DNA of 64,000 bases, from contig MU053559.1 of assembly GCA_013239625.1 (NCBI GenBank), forward strand, positions 2,091,205-2,155,204. The letters run 5' to 3'. Below, in pieces: positions 38,451 to 52,227 of this stretch. How positions within the stretch are numbered: the first letter of the stretch is position 1; the number at the start of each line of letters is the position of its first letter. A program made the translations under genes and the position numbers. Below the pieces are notes generated by a model that was not told the DNA's origin, searched no databases, and worked only from the letters and a program-made list of their open reading frames with translations. Origin of the DNA: Lama guanicoe (taxonomy: Eukaryota).

Positions 38451-40796
38451 AGGAAGGAAGGAAAAGAAAGGGAAGGAGAAAAAAAGAAATGAAGAGAAAG
38501 AAAAAGAAAACTTAAGAAATATTACAGACTCAGGAAGACACAGCCGAACAGTGGCCAATGCACCAGTTTTCTTCTCATTCTTGCTTCCTTTGACAAAGTA
38601 GGTAAGAAAGATAAGACTAAATAATGCATTTTTAGAGCACTTAAGATTTTTCAAAATGTTTTTATATACATTGTCTCATTTGATCAAAATGTTGGACTAT
38701 GTTTCTAGAGAAGTCTACTGGTAGAATGTGGCAGTTTTATATTTGCATTTCTCATTTAAACAAATTAAATTTATACAAAAAAAACCCCAGCCCATCTTTT
38801 TATCAGATAACTCAGATCTTCAAGCTATTTTGTTTTGAGAAGTCTGGGTTTCTCACTGTTTTCCACATAGTCCTGCCTCTATGCCTTTATCCATCTTGTT
38901 CCCCTCATCAGAAAGGCTTTTCCTGTCCATCTATCTCAATGCCATTCATTCTTCAAGGCCCACTGTTGGAAGTGTGGCAGGGGAGGAACATACTAGTACA
39001 TATTAATGACTGAATTTCACGTTTATTCCGTTACAGATTTCACATGCAAAATTCTACTTCTGGGTAGCTTGTAGAGAACTTCTAAATGCCATCTTCACTG
39101 GGAAGTGCTTTGTGGTTCTGTTTCCCCAATGCCCAGTGGTTTCTCCATAAACCATTCCTGACACACAGTGGCTGCTCAATTAATATTTGATACTTGGATA
39201 AATGAATTATTCTGAGTCACTGTGTAGTCAGAATTCAGCTTAATTGTGCATTGAACCATTGAAGAAGGAGACCACATCGGACCTTACATATACTGAGTTA
39301 GAGAGGCGTGACCATTACATGATGGGGCATGTTTTCATAGCTCCACATCCTCTAAACATACAGCCTTCTAATTGCCTCCTGCACTACCCACAGTATGTGC
39401 ACACACTGTGTAATGGGCTTGCTTTGTGCAGCTCTCCTTTATGCGTAACCATGGCAATGCTGTCTACTTCATACTCGAAGTGTCTGGAGGACTATGGCTG
39501 TGAATGTTAACTTCCTGTATGATGACTTGATGACTTGCTTTGCATGCATGGAGACTCTGTACATTTTGGTTTTTTTAAATCACAATAATAACACTCCCTC
39601 TGTTTCCTCCATGAAGTAAAACACCTATTTACAGAACAAACTAGAATAAAAAAAATTCTAGACCCCAAACTGGTACCTCAAAGCACTGTCTGCCTCTGAG
39701 ACCTAAGGATAAAGGACTCAGGGATTGTCCTCAGAGCTTCTATTTCCATCTGAAATCTAAATATTGGCAACGGAATTCATATCACCATTTTGCACTGGAG
39801 AGAATATTTTGAAGGGTGCTGAAAGTACAGAGACTTGAAATGTCATACGTTTCAGGTTCCAGCTATGACATGTGGCCAAGTCCTCCATGCAAGGAAGCAT
39901 TTTTCCCTCCAGGGTTTGCATTTATTTTTCATGTGAATATTTGGATGCTACCAGAATCCCACCCACATGCCACTAATCTGATCAATTTTCAGCCAACGCT
40001 TCCTTTACTGTTAATTGAAAATATGACATGCTTAAATATCAAAAAAGGCGTGCTGTTTTTTTTTACACAGACACACACACTTCCATATTCTGATAGAGAA
40101 TTTATAAAAGATTTTGAAATCAAATCCACATCCTACTTCAGATCTGGTTAATGCTTATATCATTATATAAACATTCTGTGAGAAACTCACAGATATTTTG
40201 CATTTAAAATGACTCAGATTTCAATTGCACTTCAATTAGTTTCATTACTGAACTAGCAGGTAAAATTTTCACAAAAGCTTTTATCATTTTCTTTAGGAAG
40301 AGTGTATAAGAATTGAAAATAGTCTAAAACTCAGTTCTAAATTGTAGAACTCACATGTTTCAGGTTAACTTTTAAAGATAATAAAGAAGTGCAAATTAGG
40401 GCAAGTTGACACTTTATCCCATACTTACAGCATCTTCAAAGTAAGATGAAATAGAATTTGGTTCATTGCTATGTCAATCTTAATTTTGATTTGTAATAGC
40501 TTATGTGTTGTAATCTCAGCATTATATACAATCTAAACTCTTCTAGGCAGAAATTGCTTTTTTCTTTTTGCTTGCTTCTATATAATTTACCATTTTAAAG
40601 CACTGTGTACATTTATGATTCTGGAAATGTTGATTCAGACTTTTAAATTTGATTTCTTAATTTGATTTCTTTTTTTAGCAAGAATGTCTAAAGGAATAAT
40701 AATATGCTGCATAAAATTTGGCTTCAAAAGTAAAGGCTTTCATTAACAAAGTCATCTTAGCCACAGTTGGGCTAACAAAGTGAACAAATAAAAAAA

Positions 40797-41002
40797 GCTT
40801 TTTGAAAAATGGATGATTTTTCATTACAGGATGAATTGTCAAAATATAAAAGGCAAAGGCATCAGTGAAAATGTTGGAATAAGGAACGCTGAAATTTTGC
40901 TTTTTAAAAAATGGATTATTTTCCATTACAAGATGAATTGTCAAAAAATAAGAGGGGGGGCATCAGTGAGAATGTTGGAGTTAGGAACTCTGAAATTTTG
41001 CT
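40797..41002. repeat. About 102-bp tandem duplication spanning an L1 5' junction
   Basis: 40797-40898 and 40899-41000 align end to end. Confidence 0.92.
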
Positions 41003-44000
41003 CCTTCATAAAAGCAATGAGAACACTGACAAAAATTGTCAAAATCAACTTTTTTGATACTTTGAAAACTAACTAAAGGCTTGAAGCAACATGGGGGAGT
41101 ATTTAGTCAAGAAAATGGCTGCATCTTGATAAGAACAGCAAGATTTGTGGCATTTTAACTTACCCCACTCCCATCCACTTCTCCACAGCTCCACAGCAGT
41201 CTTGAAAAATAACAGCCTGCATTCTCAGTACTGAGGAAAGCAGAGGAGGGCTGGAAATCTTTTAAGACTTCACCCCAAAACAGGAGTTATTATCAAGTAG
41301 TTCCCTGGAAGACACCATTAGAAAGGCTTGTCTTTTTTTGAGCTCACTCAAACTCTGCCAGTACCAAACATTTCTCCCTGGGTGATGGAGGGTAATTTCT
41401 CAAATATTTTAACATCACATCTGCCTGAAGTGATGGGTGGCAGTAGAGACAAACTATAATATAGACTAGCCAGGGAACTTAAAATTAAAAGTTGAGGACT
41501 GGGATATCCACAGAGGCTTTGGAAAGCTACAATATATTTTTGAGACTCTAGAAAGTCACAAACATGCTTAGGGCTTTTAAAATGGTCATGAAAGATCTTA
41601 GAAGGACATAATCTCTCAACTTCAGGGTCTTCACAAGCAAGAGTTGAAGGCTAAGGTAGGTAAACTACTGGGTGGAGTGCTGAAGGCATCCCTAATGCAC
41701 ACACACACAGCAAAGATTGGAAGACTTATCGGTCCCAAACATCTAAGGAAAATGCTGTCCAATCATTAGCTGACCACTAAGCTGACCAAGTAGAGGCTTA
41801 AGTGGCCACGCATGATAAAGATACAGACTTTACAAAATTATTTTAGAAGAATCACTAAACAAACAACTACTAAAAGCAGCAGCAACAACAAAGCCCAGGG
41901 AGGGGGGCTGATTTTCAGAGTTGCCACATTATACTGGACATTTGAAACGTCCAGTTTTCAAAAAAATTATTAGGTTGCATGCAAAGAAAAAAGAAAATAT
42001 GACCCATATCCAAGAAAATAAGCAATCAATAAAAACTGTCATTGAGGACATCAAGACATTGGACTTACTAGGCAGACTTTAATGCAGCTATTTTAAATAT
42101 GTTTAAAGAGCTAACGGAAACCATGCCCAAAGAACCAAGAGAAAATACAAGAATGATGTCTCACCAAATTAAAAAATTAATAAAAGGATCTAAATAATAT
42201 AAAGGAGTGAAATAGAAACTCTGGAATTTAAAATTACAACTGAAATGAAAAACTGACAAATGAGCCCAACAATAAATTTGAGTAGGCAGAAGAAAGAATC
42301 AGAGAACTCAAAGGTAGGTCAATTAAGATGATCCAGTCTGAGGAACAGAGAAAAAAGAGAATGAAGAAAAATGAGCAGACTCTCAGAGACCTGTGGGACA
42401 TCATCAAGCATACCAACATATGCATAATGGGCGCTCCAGGAGGAAAAGAGAAAGAGGAAGGAGTAGACACACACTTGAATAAAAAATGCCCCCCCTATCA
42501 TGTAAGAGTGACTCTCAATAAGATTAACAGCTAATTTTCATCAGAAACCATGGATGCCAGAAAGCAGTGCGATGACATAGTCAAAGTGCTAAAAGAAACT
42601 GTAAATCAAGATTTCTATTTCTAGAAAAATGACCATTCAAAAATGTGGGAGAAATTAAGACATTCCCAGATAAACAAAAAGTGAGAGAGTTCGTCACTAG
42701 CAGACTTGCACTGCAAGAAATGCTATAGGGAGTTCTTTAGGATGAAAAGCAAGACATTAAACAATAGTTAAAATTTACATGAAGAAACACAGAGCACTGG
42801 TAAAGGTAACTATATAGGTAAATACGAAAGACAACATAAATGTGTTATTTGTTGTAACTCCTTTTTGTTCCCCCATATGATTTAAAAGACAATTCATAAT
42901 TTAATACGTATAAATCTAAGTTGATGGGCACATAATATATAAAAAAGTAATTTATGACAATAAAAAAATAAAGAAGAGGCAAATGTGTATAGAAGCAAAG
43001 TTTTTATGTACTATTAAAATTAAGTTGATTTTAATCTAAACTGGTATAATTAATTAGGATGTTATTGATAATCCCCAGGGTAACAACCTAAAAATTACTC
43101 AAAATTATAGAAAAACAAATGACAAATAAATCAAAATGTTATGATGTATCTATTTAACACAAAATGAGCAGTAATGGGGGAACTGAGAAGGAACAACAAT
43201 AACAAAAAAAAAGACATGTGCAAAACAGATAGCAAAATGACAAACATAATCCTACTTTCTCAATCACTACACTAGGTGTAAATCGATTAAATTCTACAAT
43301 ACAAAAGCAGAAATTGGCAGAATTAAATTTAAAAACATGGTCAAAATATATTCTGCATACAAGAGACATACTTTGGATTCAAAGACACAGATAGGTTGAG
43401 AGTAAAAGGATGGAACTGAATATTCTGTGCAAATGGTAAGCAAGAGGGAGCTGAAGTGGCTGTATTAATATCAGACAAAAAAAATTAAGACAAAACTGTT
43501 ACTAGAGAAAAAGAAGGACAAAGTATAATGGCAAGAGGGTCAGTCCATCAGGAAGATGTAATTATTATAAACATATATGCACCTAATAGCAGAGCTCCAA
43601 AAATATATGAAGTAAAAAATTGATGGAATTGAAGGGAAAAAAAGCCAAATCAACTATAAGAGTTAGAGACTCCAATACCCCATCTTCAATGATGGATTGA
43701 ACAGCTACACAGAAGACCAGCAAGAAAACTTAACAAGAAGACTTAACAACACTAGAAACCGACTAGACCCAACAGACATCATAGAACATGCTACTCAACG
43801 ACAGTAGAATATGTATTCTTCTCAAGTGCACATGGAACATTCTTCAAGGTAGACCATACAGTAGGCAAAAAAAAAAGTGTTAATAAATTTAAAAGGATTG
43901 AAATCAAACAAAATATATTCTCTGACAATAATGGAATGAAACTAAAAATCAATAACAAAAAATGGGAAATTCACAAATATGTAGAAAGGAAAACATTCCT

Positions 44001-44190
44001 TAATAACTAATGAGTCAAAGAATAAATCAGAAGGAAAATTAGAAAATACATTGAAATGGGCAAAAATGAAAACAAAAAAAAATGAAACTCATGGACAGGA
44101 AAACATTGTTCACAGGGAAATTTATAGCTGTAAATACTTGTATTGAAAAAGAAGAAAGATCTGAAATCAAGGATCTAAACTTCTGCCTGA
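40951..44190 (+). mobile_element. Old L1: 5'UTR, ORF1 and ORF2 endonuclease region; 3' half missing
   Basis: ORF1 peptide IQSEEQRKKRMKKNEQTLRDLWDIIKHTNICIMGAP; EN remnants; ends abruptly near 44190. Confidence 0.9.
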
Positions 44191-45865
44191 AATTGCTGAG
44201 TTTTTAATCATATATGAATGTTGGAGTTTGTCAAAATATCTTTGTCTGTTAATATGATCATATAATTTTTCTTCTTTAGCCAGTTGATGTAATGAATTAC
44301 ATTAATTTTTTAATGTTGAATCAGCCTTGCATACCTGGGATACATACTATTTGGTTGTGGTATATAATTTTTTTATAATTTTTTGGATTTAATTTGCTAA
44401 TGTTTTGCTGAAGATTTTTATGTCTGTATTCCTGGGAGATATTGGCCTGTAATTTTCTTTTCTTGTAATGTCTTTGGTTTTGGTATTAGGGTAATACTGG
44501 CCTCATAGGATGATTTGGGAAGTATTCATGCTGTTTCTATTCTCTGAAAGAGATTGTAAGAATTGGTATAACTTCTTCCTTAAATGTTTGGTAGAATTCA
44601 CCAGTGAACCTACCTGAGCCTGGTGCTTTCTATTTTGAATGGTTATTAATCATTAATTCAATTTTGTTAATAGATATAGGCTTATTCAGATCATCTGTTT
44701 CTTCTTGTGTTAGTTTTGACAAATTGTGTCTTTCGAAAAATTAATCCATCTCACCCAGGTTATCAAGTTTGTGGCCATAGAATATTACTTTATTATCCTT
44801 TATTAACATCCTTTAAATTTCCATGACATCCATAGTGATGTCCTTCTTTCATTTCTGATATTAGTAATTTCTGTTCTATCCCTTTTTTTCTAAGCCTGAC
44901 CAGAGGCTTATTGATTGTATTGATCTTTTCAAAGAGCCAGCTTTTGGTTTTGTTGATTTTTCTCTATCGATATCCTGCTTTCAGTTTTATTGATTCTGCT
45001 GTGATTCTTGTAATTTCCTTTAATCTGATTGCTTTGGAGTTAATTCTCTCTTCTTTTTCTAGTTTCCTAAGGTAGAAACTTAGATTACTGATTTTAGATA
45101 TTTTTTCTTTTCTTATGTGTGCATTCAATGCTATGAATTTTCCTCTGACCACTACTTTCACTGCATCCCACAAATTTGATAAACTCTGTTTTCATTTTTA
45201 GTTATTTCAAAATACTTCAAATTTCTCTTGAGATTTTTTTTCTTTGACTCAGGTGCTATTTAGAAGTGTGTTGTTTAACCCTATATTTTGGGATTTTCTT
45301 GCTATCTTTATGTTATTGATTTCTAGTTGAATTCCATTGTGGTCTGAATGGGGGCATTGTGTGATTTCTATTTTTTAAATTTGTTAAGGTGTGTTTTATG
45401 GCTCAGCATGTGGTCTATTTTGGTAAATGTTTCATGTGAGCCCCCCAAAATGTGTATTCTGCTGTTGCTGGATAAAGTAGCCTATAGATAGATTATACCC
45501 AGTAGATTAATGGTGTTATTGATTTCACCTATGTCTTTAGAGTTTTCTCCTTGCTGGATACGTCTATTTCTGATGTCTTTGACCATGACAGTGGATTCAT
45601 CTATTTCTCCTTGCAATTCTGTGAGTTTTTGCCTCATGCAGTTTGATGCTCTGTTTTTAGGCACAGACACGTTAAGGATTCTTATGTCATCTTGGAGAAC
45701 TGACTTCTGTGTCATTATGTAATGTCCCTCTTCATCCCTGATAATATTTCTTACTACTCTGTCTGAAATTAAGTTTGAAGTCTACTCTGTCTGAAATTAA
45801 TATAGCTGCTCCTCTTTCTTTTGAATGTGTTAGCACGGTATATTTTTCTCCACCCATTTACTTTT

Positions 45866-45931
45866 TTTAAATTGAAGTACAGTCAGTTTACAACATTACA
45901 TCAATTTGTGGTGTACAGCATAATGTTTCAG
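45866..45931 (-). mobile_element. Very short L1 3' end nested in the older L1
   Basis: TSD tccacccatttactttt / tccatccatttgctttt. Confidence 0.8.
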
Positions 45932-46685
45932 TCCATCCATTTGCTTTTAATCTACATGTGTCTTTATATTTAAGATGGGCTTCTTGAAGACAGTATATAG
46001 TTGGGTCATGTTTTTGATCCATTCTGACAGTTTCTTTTAACTGAAATATTTAGGCCCTTGAACTTCAAAGTGATTACTGGAATAGTTGGATTAATATCTA
46101 CCATATTCATTACTGTTTTCTATTTGTTGCCTTTGGTCTATGTTGCTATTTTTCTTTTTACTCTTTTTTTCTGCATTTTTTTGTTTAATTGAGCATTCTA
46201 TATAATTCCATTTTTCTCTCCTTTCTTAGTATGTTGGTTATACTTAAAAAAACATTTTTCAGTGATTGCCCTAGAGTTTGCAATATACATTCACAAGTAA
46301 TCCAAGTCCACTTTCAATCAACACTATACCACTTACAGTTACTGTGAGTACTTTGTAATAACCGAACTATAATAATTCCTCCCTTCCTTTCTTTGTACTA
46401 TTTCTGTCATTTATTTCAATTATCTATAATTATACCTAAGCTTATATACATAAGCATACATAATTGAGTATACTGTTGCTGTTATATTTATGAACTATTA
46501 TCTGTTAGACAAATTAAGAGTAAGAAAAAGGTTTTATTTTAGCTTTACTTATTCCTTCTTTGAAGTGCTTCTTTTCTTTATGTAGATCTGAGTTTCCCAC
46601 CTATATTGTTTCCCTTCTCTCTAAAAAATTCTTTGAACATTTCTTGCAAGATAGGTCTATACTGACAACAAATTTCTTTAATTTT

Positions 46686-47085
46686 TTTTATTGTGATATA
46701 ATTGACATATAACATTGTGTAAGTTTAAGGCTTACAACATGGTGATTTGATACATTTATATACTGCAATATGATTATCACTGAGGTGTTAGCTAAGAGCC
46801 CTATCATGTCACATTATTATCATTTCTTTTTTGTGGTAAGAACAATGAATATCAAGTCTCCTAGCAACTTTGCAGTTTATAATACAGTATTGTTGACTAT
46901 AATCACTATGTTGTGTTTTTGATATCCAGAACTTATTCATCTTCTAGCTGTAACTTTGTACTCTCAAATAACATCTCCCTAATTCCCCCACTCCTTAGCC
47001 CCTGGTATCCACCATTCTACTCTGTTTCTACAAGTTTGGCTTTTCTGGATCCCATATACAAATAATATCATACAGTATTTGTTTT
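46686..47085 (-). mobile_element. L1MA-type 3' end nested in the older L1
   Basis: ataattgacatataacattgtgtaagtttaagg; ccagaacttattcatctt. Confidence 0.82.
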
Positions 47086-50000
47086 TCTCCTCAATTTTTG
47101 TTTGCCTGAGAAACCCTTTATTTTCCCCTCATTTTTGAAGGATAACTTTGCAGGGTACATAACTCTAGGTTAGTGATTTTTTTCTCTCAACACTTTAAAT
47201 ATTTAACTCCTGTCTCATTTTGCTTGCAGATTACTGAGGCAATGTAATATGTAAATCTTATCTTTGTTCCTCTATACGACAAAAGGTGTTTCCCCCCTCT
47301 GGCTTCTGTCAGTATTTTTTCTTTATCTTTGATTTCTGTTATAAAATATATATATATGTGGATATGGATATATATATATATATGGCATTGTTTGACATTG
47401 ATTCTGCTTGGTTCTCTGAGCCTCTTGGATTTGTGATCTGCTGTCTGACATTAATTTGAGGAAATTCTCGGTCATTATTGTTTTAAATATTTCTTCTATT
47501 TCTTTCTCCTTTTCTTCTCCTTCTGGTATCCTCTTTGCATGTATGTTATACTTTTTGTAGTTGTCTCACAGTCCTTGGACATTCTCTTCCATTTTTTCGG
47601 TCTTTTGTTCTCTGATTTTTGGGTTTTGAGTTTTCTATTGATCTATCCTCTAGTTCAGAAATTCTTTCTTTAGCCATGTCTGTTCTATTAATAAGTCTAT
47701 CAAGGGCATTCTTCATTTCTGAAACAGTGTTTTTGATCTCTAGCATGTCTTTTTTGTTCTTTCTTAGGATGCCCATCCCTCTGCTTACATTGTCCATCTG
47801 TCCTTGCATGCTGTCAACTTTATCCATTAGAACCCTTAGCATATTAATCACAGCTGTCTTAAATTACTGGTGTGAGAATTACAATATCCTAGCCATATCT
47901 GAGTCTGGTTCTGATGCTCACTCTGTCTCTTCAAGTTGTGTTTTTCACCTTTTGGTTTGCCTCGTATTTTTCTCTCCTAAAAGCTAAACAGGATATACTG
48001 GGTAAAAGGGACTGCTATAAATAAGCCTTTAGTAAATAAAGCAAAATAATGTCTTATTTAGTAAATAAGCCGTTAGTGAGACATGAGAGAAGGGGAAATG
48101 GTCTACAGTCCTATGATTAGGTCTCAATCTTTTAGTAAGTCTGTGCCTCTGGACTGTAAACTTCACAGGTGTTTTTCAGTTTTTTTCTCTCCCTTTATGA
48201 GGGACAAGATGGCTAGAGGGGGCCGGAGTTGGAAATTTTCCTTCCCCAGGTTAGTTAGGCTCTGGTAATACCCCAGCTAGTTAGGTTCTGGTTAACTCGT
48301 GTTGGCTCAGGGCAGGCCCTAAGAACAGAGCGCTCTGGAATGTTTCAGATGGATTCCTTTTCCCCTCCCCCTGCAGGAAGCCCAAGGTGATTTTTCTCTG
48401 TATTTACTGTGGGCATCTGGTAGAGTTCCTAGAGGTATATCTCACAATAGTGTGAGGTCCTCCATGACTGGATTCCCCTGGAGTTTATAACTCTCGGAAG
48501 TGTTCCGGCTGAGCCTATAGCAATTTGTCAATTACAGTTCAAATTTTCTTATCCTGGCACTGGTTCCCATGGTGCTTTCCACTTGGGCATCTCTGCTCAG
48601 GTGAACTGTGACTCCTTGTATTCGCTTGTCTATGTCTCCAATCTGGAGGGCAGCAGTTTGCCCCGTGTCCTCTCCTCCCTTATGGATCTGAAAAGAACTG
48701 TTGATTTTTTTCAATCTGTTTAAGTTTTCACTTACTGTTAGGAGTGAGTGGTGACTTCCTTGCTCCTTATGTGTGGAACCGGAAACCTGAAGTCCCCAAT
48801 TTCACTTTTTAATGGATGGTTTAATGACTAATGTTGGCTTTGAGATACAGTAAAGAGTTAAAACGAATAATTTGGAAACAACTATACAAGACTTATCCAA
48901 AATACTCAAGTCTATCTCTGTGATGTCAAGTGACTCCATCCTAACAGGACAGAGACCCATAAAATTCAATGGGTAAGAAAAGGAGAGCCCGGGTAGTCAA
49001 GGAAGGACTCTGTATGTAAATATTCCTTGGAAGAGTGGTCAGTCTTGTGGATATGGATTCTCTGACTCAAAGGGAAATCAATGTGGGGAAACATATTAAG
49101 AAGCCATTTTTTTCTCTTTTACAATTTTCTCAAGGGAAAACTCTGTATTTGCTTCCTAGGGTCTTTTCAATGCTAAATTTCAGATGTTCAGTGTATTAGA
49201 GAAATTATAAATCTGAGACACCACTAACGCAGACTTTATTATGACCAAACCCTAACTTTCAAACATGCAATAAGTAGTGGTTTTATTTTTATGGATACCA
49301 TTTTATTGCCACTCAACTTCATTTTAGAAGAAATGAAATGAAGAAAATATACAGTACGTATTTATTGGTATGAAACTGAGAGGAATTATTCCAAAGCTTG
49401 TACATCTGGTAGTAACTTAAAAGATTTGAAATATTATTAGCCTTCATTGGTGTTTCAGTATCGCAGTTACCCATGAAAAGGTAAGTTAGTGCTTTACTGC
49501 ATGAATTAATTACCAATCCCATGAGATAACACCTGCGGTCCTTAGTTAATGCTTCTCTGTTTCCATTAATAATGTTGGTGCAAACAGGGCATTCTGAGAG
49601 TAATCTTACAAAGTTATTTTTTCACTGTTCAAGTCACCATGGTTTTCAGTGTTTCCTTTAAGTAGAGACATTGAAACAGTATACCTATTGATTGCTCTTG
49701 TAGCATTACAACTGTGTCAGTCAATAGTGACTTGCAAAACCTTAAATTGGGTGAGCCTCTTGGACAGCCACACCTTTATATCATTATTGTCATTATATCA
49801 TTATTTCTTTATATCATTATTGTCTAGTCTGGAGAAAAGAGCTTTTATCATGTATGCTGATATATAGATTTGCAGCTACTAAAACATCTTGAGGAAGAAA
49901 CATATGACTTTAAAAAAAATCACACCTTTCCTTAGTATGTATACTTTCCTTAGTAGTAATAGTACCAGCTCTTCTGAAGAGTTGGTCAGATCAGTTTAAA

Positions 50001-50599
50001 AATTCAAAAGATCTTGACTGTTGCCAACAGATTAAAGAATGCTTGACTGCCTTTCACATCCCTCCGAGTGTTTTGATCAAGCTTTCAAAAAAAAAAAAAA
50101 GAATTTACCTGAATATTTTTTCACTCTCCATTACCTACTCTTCTTTGTGGAGAAATAACTGTCAAAATGGACTTGCTGGTAAATCACACAATAAAGAACT
50201 TGCCACCGGAATTCTCTGGTCTTAAAAATCCAGTGGTGTTTTTTTTTAAACAATATATGTTACCAACATTCGTCTTAGTTGCCATTGTGTTGGGCAGAAA
50301 TGTGGATTGTGTGGGATGGAAAAGGACTGTAGACATCCATTACTACTTTGCCTTTTGACTTGCTCAGTAATATATCGATGATCATTCTTTCCCTCTGGTC
50401 CTAGCCCTTTACATATCATCCAGTGACTCAGGACCTAGTTCCTGCCCTTGAAAACCTTATACACTCCTGGAGAGGAATGAAAGGATCATGTTAGACATCG
50501 TTAAGTATTAATACAAAGGAAAATAGAGCCCAGTGCGTGCTTATGTGAGCCCGAGGCTAAGTCTGTTAGGCAGGAGTAGTTATAGTACCTGGTGTCAAT

Positions 50600-51260
50600 C
50601 ATTTACCAAGTGTTTAAAAGATACAGTGGAGAGCAAATCAAACAAAGTCCTTGACCTCACGGAACTGACATTCTAGTTAGGGGAGAAAGACAATATACAA
50701 ACAAACAAAGATTAAATATAAATATAACAATATACAGCCAGGTGGTGACAAATCCTGCAATGCAGATGCAGAATAAAGTGTAGTAAGGATATAGAGAATA
50801 TTCTTTTGTTATCAGAAAGGAGAGTCCTCTTGGATAAAGTAGGGCCTTTGAACAGACATCAAAAGGCAGTGAAGAATGAAACAAGTGGTTATCGAGGGAA
50901 GAGTTTTCCGGGCAGAGGGAACTGCAAGTGCAAAGGCCCTGGCATAGGGGTGTGTATGATGAGTTCAGGAAATAGCAACAATATCAATACACCTGGAATG
51001 AAGAGTTGGAGTAGTAGGAGACAAGGTTAAAGAGTTATCAGGGGATTAGATCATGGAATGGAAACTTGGATTTTACTCTCAGTGAGATTTGAGCAGAATG
51101 ACATCATCAGATCACGTGGCTTCTGTGTGGAGAATAAGCCATAGGGGGATAGGGGGACAAAGGCAGATTCAGCAGGGACTCAAGTAAGAGATGATACTAC
51201 CTTCGATCTGGGTAGTGTTGATGGAGGAGCTGAGACGTTACCAGATCCCAGATTGAATAT
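50600..51260 (-). mobile_element. L2 fragment
   Basis: ggcagagggaactgcaagtgcaaaggccctgg; ctgacattctagttagggga. Confidence 0.8.
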
Positions 51261-51292
51261 GAGGGTAACCTAGTTTTTAAAAATGAAATTAA

Positions 51293-51392
51293 AGGGGGGT
51301 GGGTATAGCTCAGTGGTAGAGCACATGCTTAGCATGCATGAGGTCCTGGGTTTAATCCCCAGTACCTCCATTAAAAAATAATGGTAATAAAT
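51293..51392 (+). mobile_element. tRNA-Ala-derived SINE (Vic-1-like)
   Basis: gggtatagctcagtggtagagcacatgcttagcatgcatgaggtcctggg; TSD aaaaatgaaattaa / aaaaacgaaattaa. Confidence 0.93.
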
Positions 51393-51863
51393 AAAAACGA
51401 AATTAAGAAGACCCCTTCCTTTGTGCCTATGCTATGTTCATCCAATTCCCTACAGATGCTTTCAAATTTGCCTGAAGTATAAGGAATAAGAGGCTTATTT
51501 CTCCCTAGTGATGTTACACTTCAGCGCACTGAGCTAACTGAGGAGCTACTGCTGTCATGCCTTTCAAGGCAGCCAGAGTAATTGGCATCTTGGATTCAAC
51601 AGAAAAGCACCGCATTTTATAACATGAGGTCGAGAAACCAAAACCTCAGAAAATTACCACTAAGTGATAATGCTGAGGAATCTACTGCTGGCTTAACTTG
51701 GAAACACATTTTGTTAGGCAGTTGTAGGGGAAAAAAGGGGGGGGGAAGACCAGCACCCCACTTTATAAAAGGACCTTGACATTTTGCATTTTTTATTTTC
51801 CTTTTTTAAAAAATATGCCATTAACGATTGAATAGCATTAACTCAGTCATAATAAAGCACAAA

Positions 51864-52014
51864 TATACACAAAATGTTATGGTAGCTCACAGAGAAAAAA
51901 ATGTGACAATGAGTGTGTATATGTCCATGTATGACTGAAAAATTGTGCTGAACACTGGAATTTGACACAACATTGTAAAATGATTATAAATCAATAAAAA
52001 ATGTTTAAAAAAAA
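51864..52014 (+). mobile_element. Young L1 3' end
   Basis: TSD aataaagcacaaa at 51851-51863 and 52015-52027. Confidence 0.92.
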
Positions 52015-52227
52015 AATAAAGCACAAAACTCACTTCTTTCCATTACCACATTAGTACACTAATCTTAAAAGGGACCCCTTTGTGAAGTAGCCATATTCCA
52101 CCAATGTTTACAGTGTCCACACTGTGTGAAAGGCATTGACCAGCATAGCATAAAAAGCAGTGATGAGGAAGAAGACAGAGCAGAAAATGCTGAGGATTAA
52201 AGCAGAGACCAAAAAAAAAAAAAAAAG

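Larger units (their letters stand above)
44191..48797 (-). mobile_element. Old L1 (L1MD-like 5' end): 5'UTR, ORF1 and ORF2 up to the early RT domain; 3' half missing
   Basis: Minus-strand peptides MLEIKNTVSEMKNALDRLINR (ORF1) and [21 protein letters not shown] (ORF2); 5' terminus ggacttcaggtttccggttcc. Confidence 0.9.

Noticed and set aside
4545..44190. Large inversion linking the L1 3' half at 4545 with the minus-strand L1 5' half ending at 44191
   Set aside because: The two pieces leave a gap of several hundred bp of ORF2, and no reciprocal L1 fragment lies left of 4545.
51293..51372. tRNA-Ala(AGC) gene calls for this and the other tRNA-like copies
   Set aside because: Each has an A-rich tail, most have TSDs, and they carry stem or box mutations (here GGTTTAA in the B box). 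They are SINEs, not tRNA genes.
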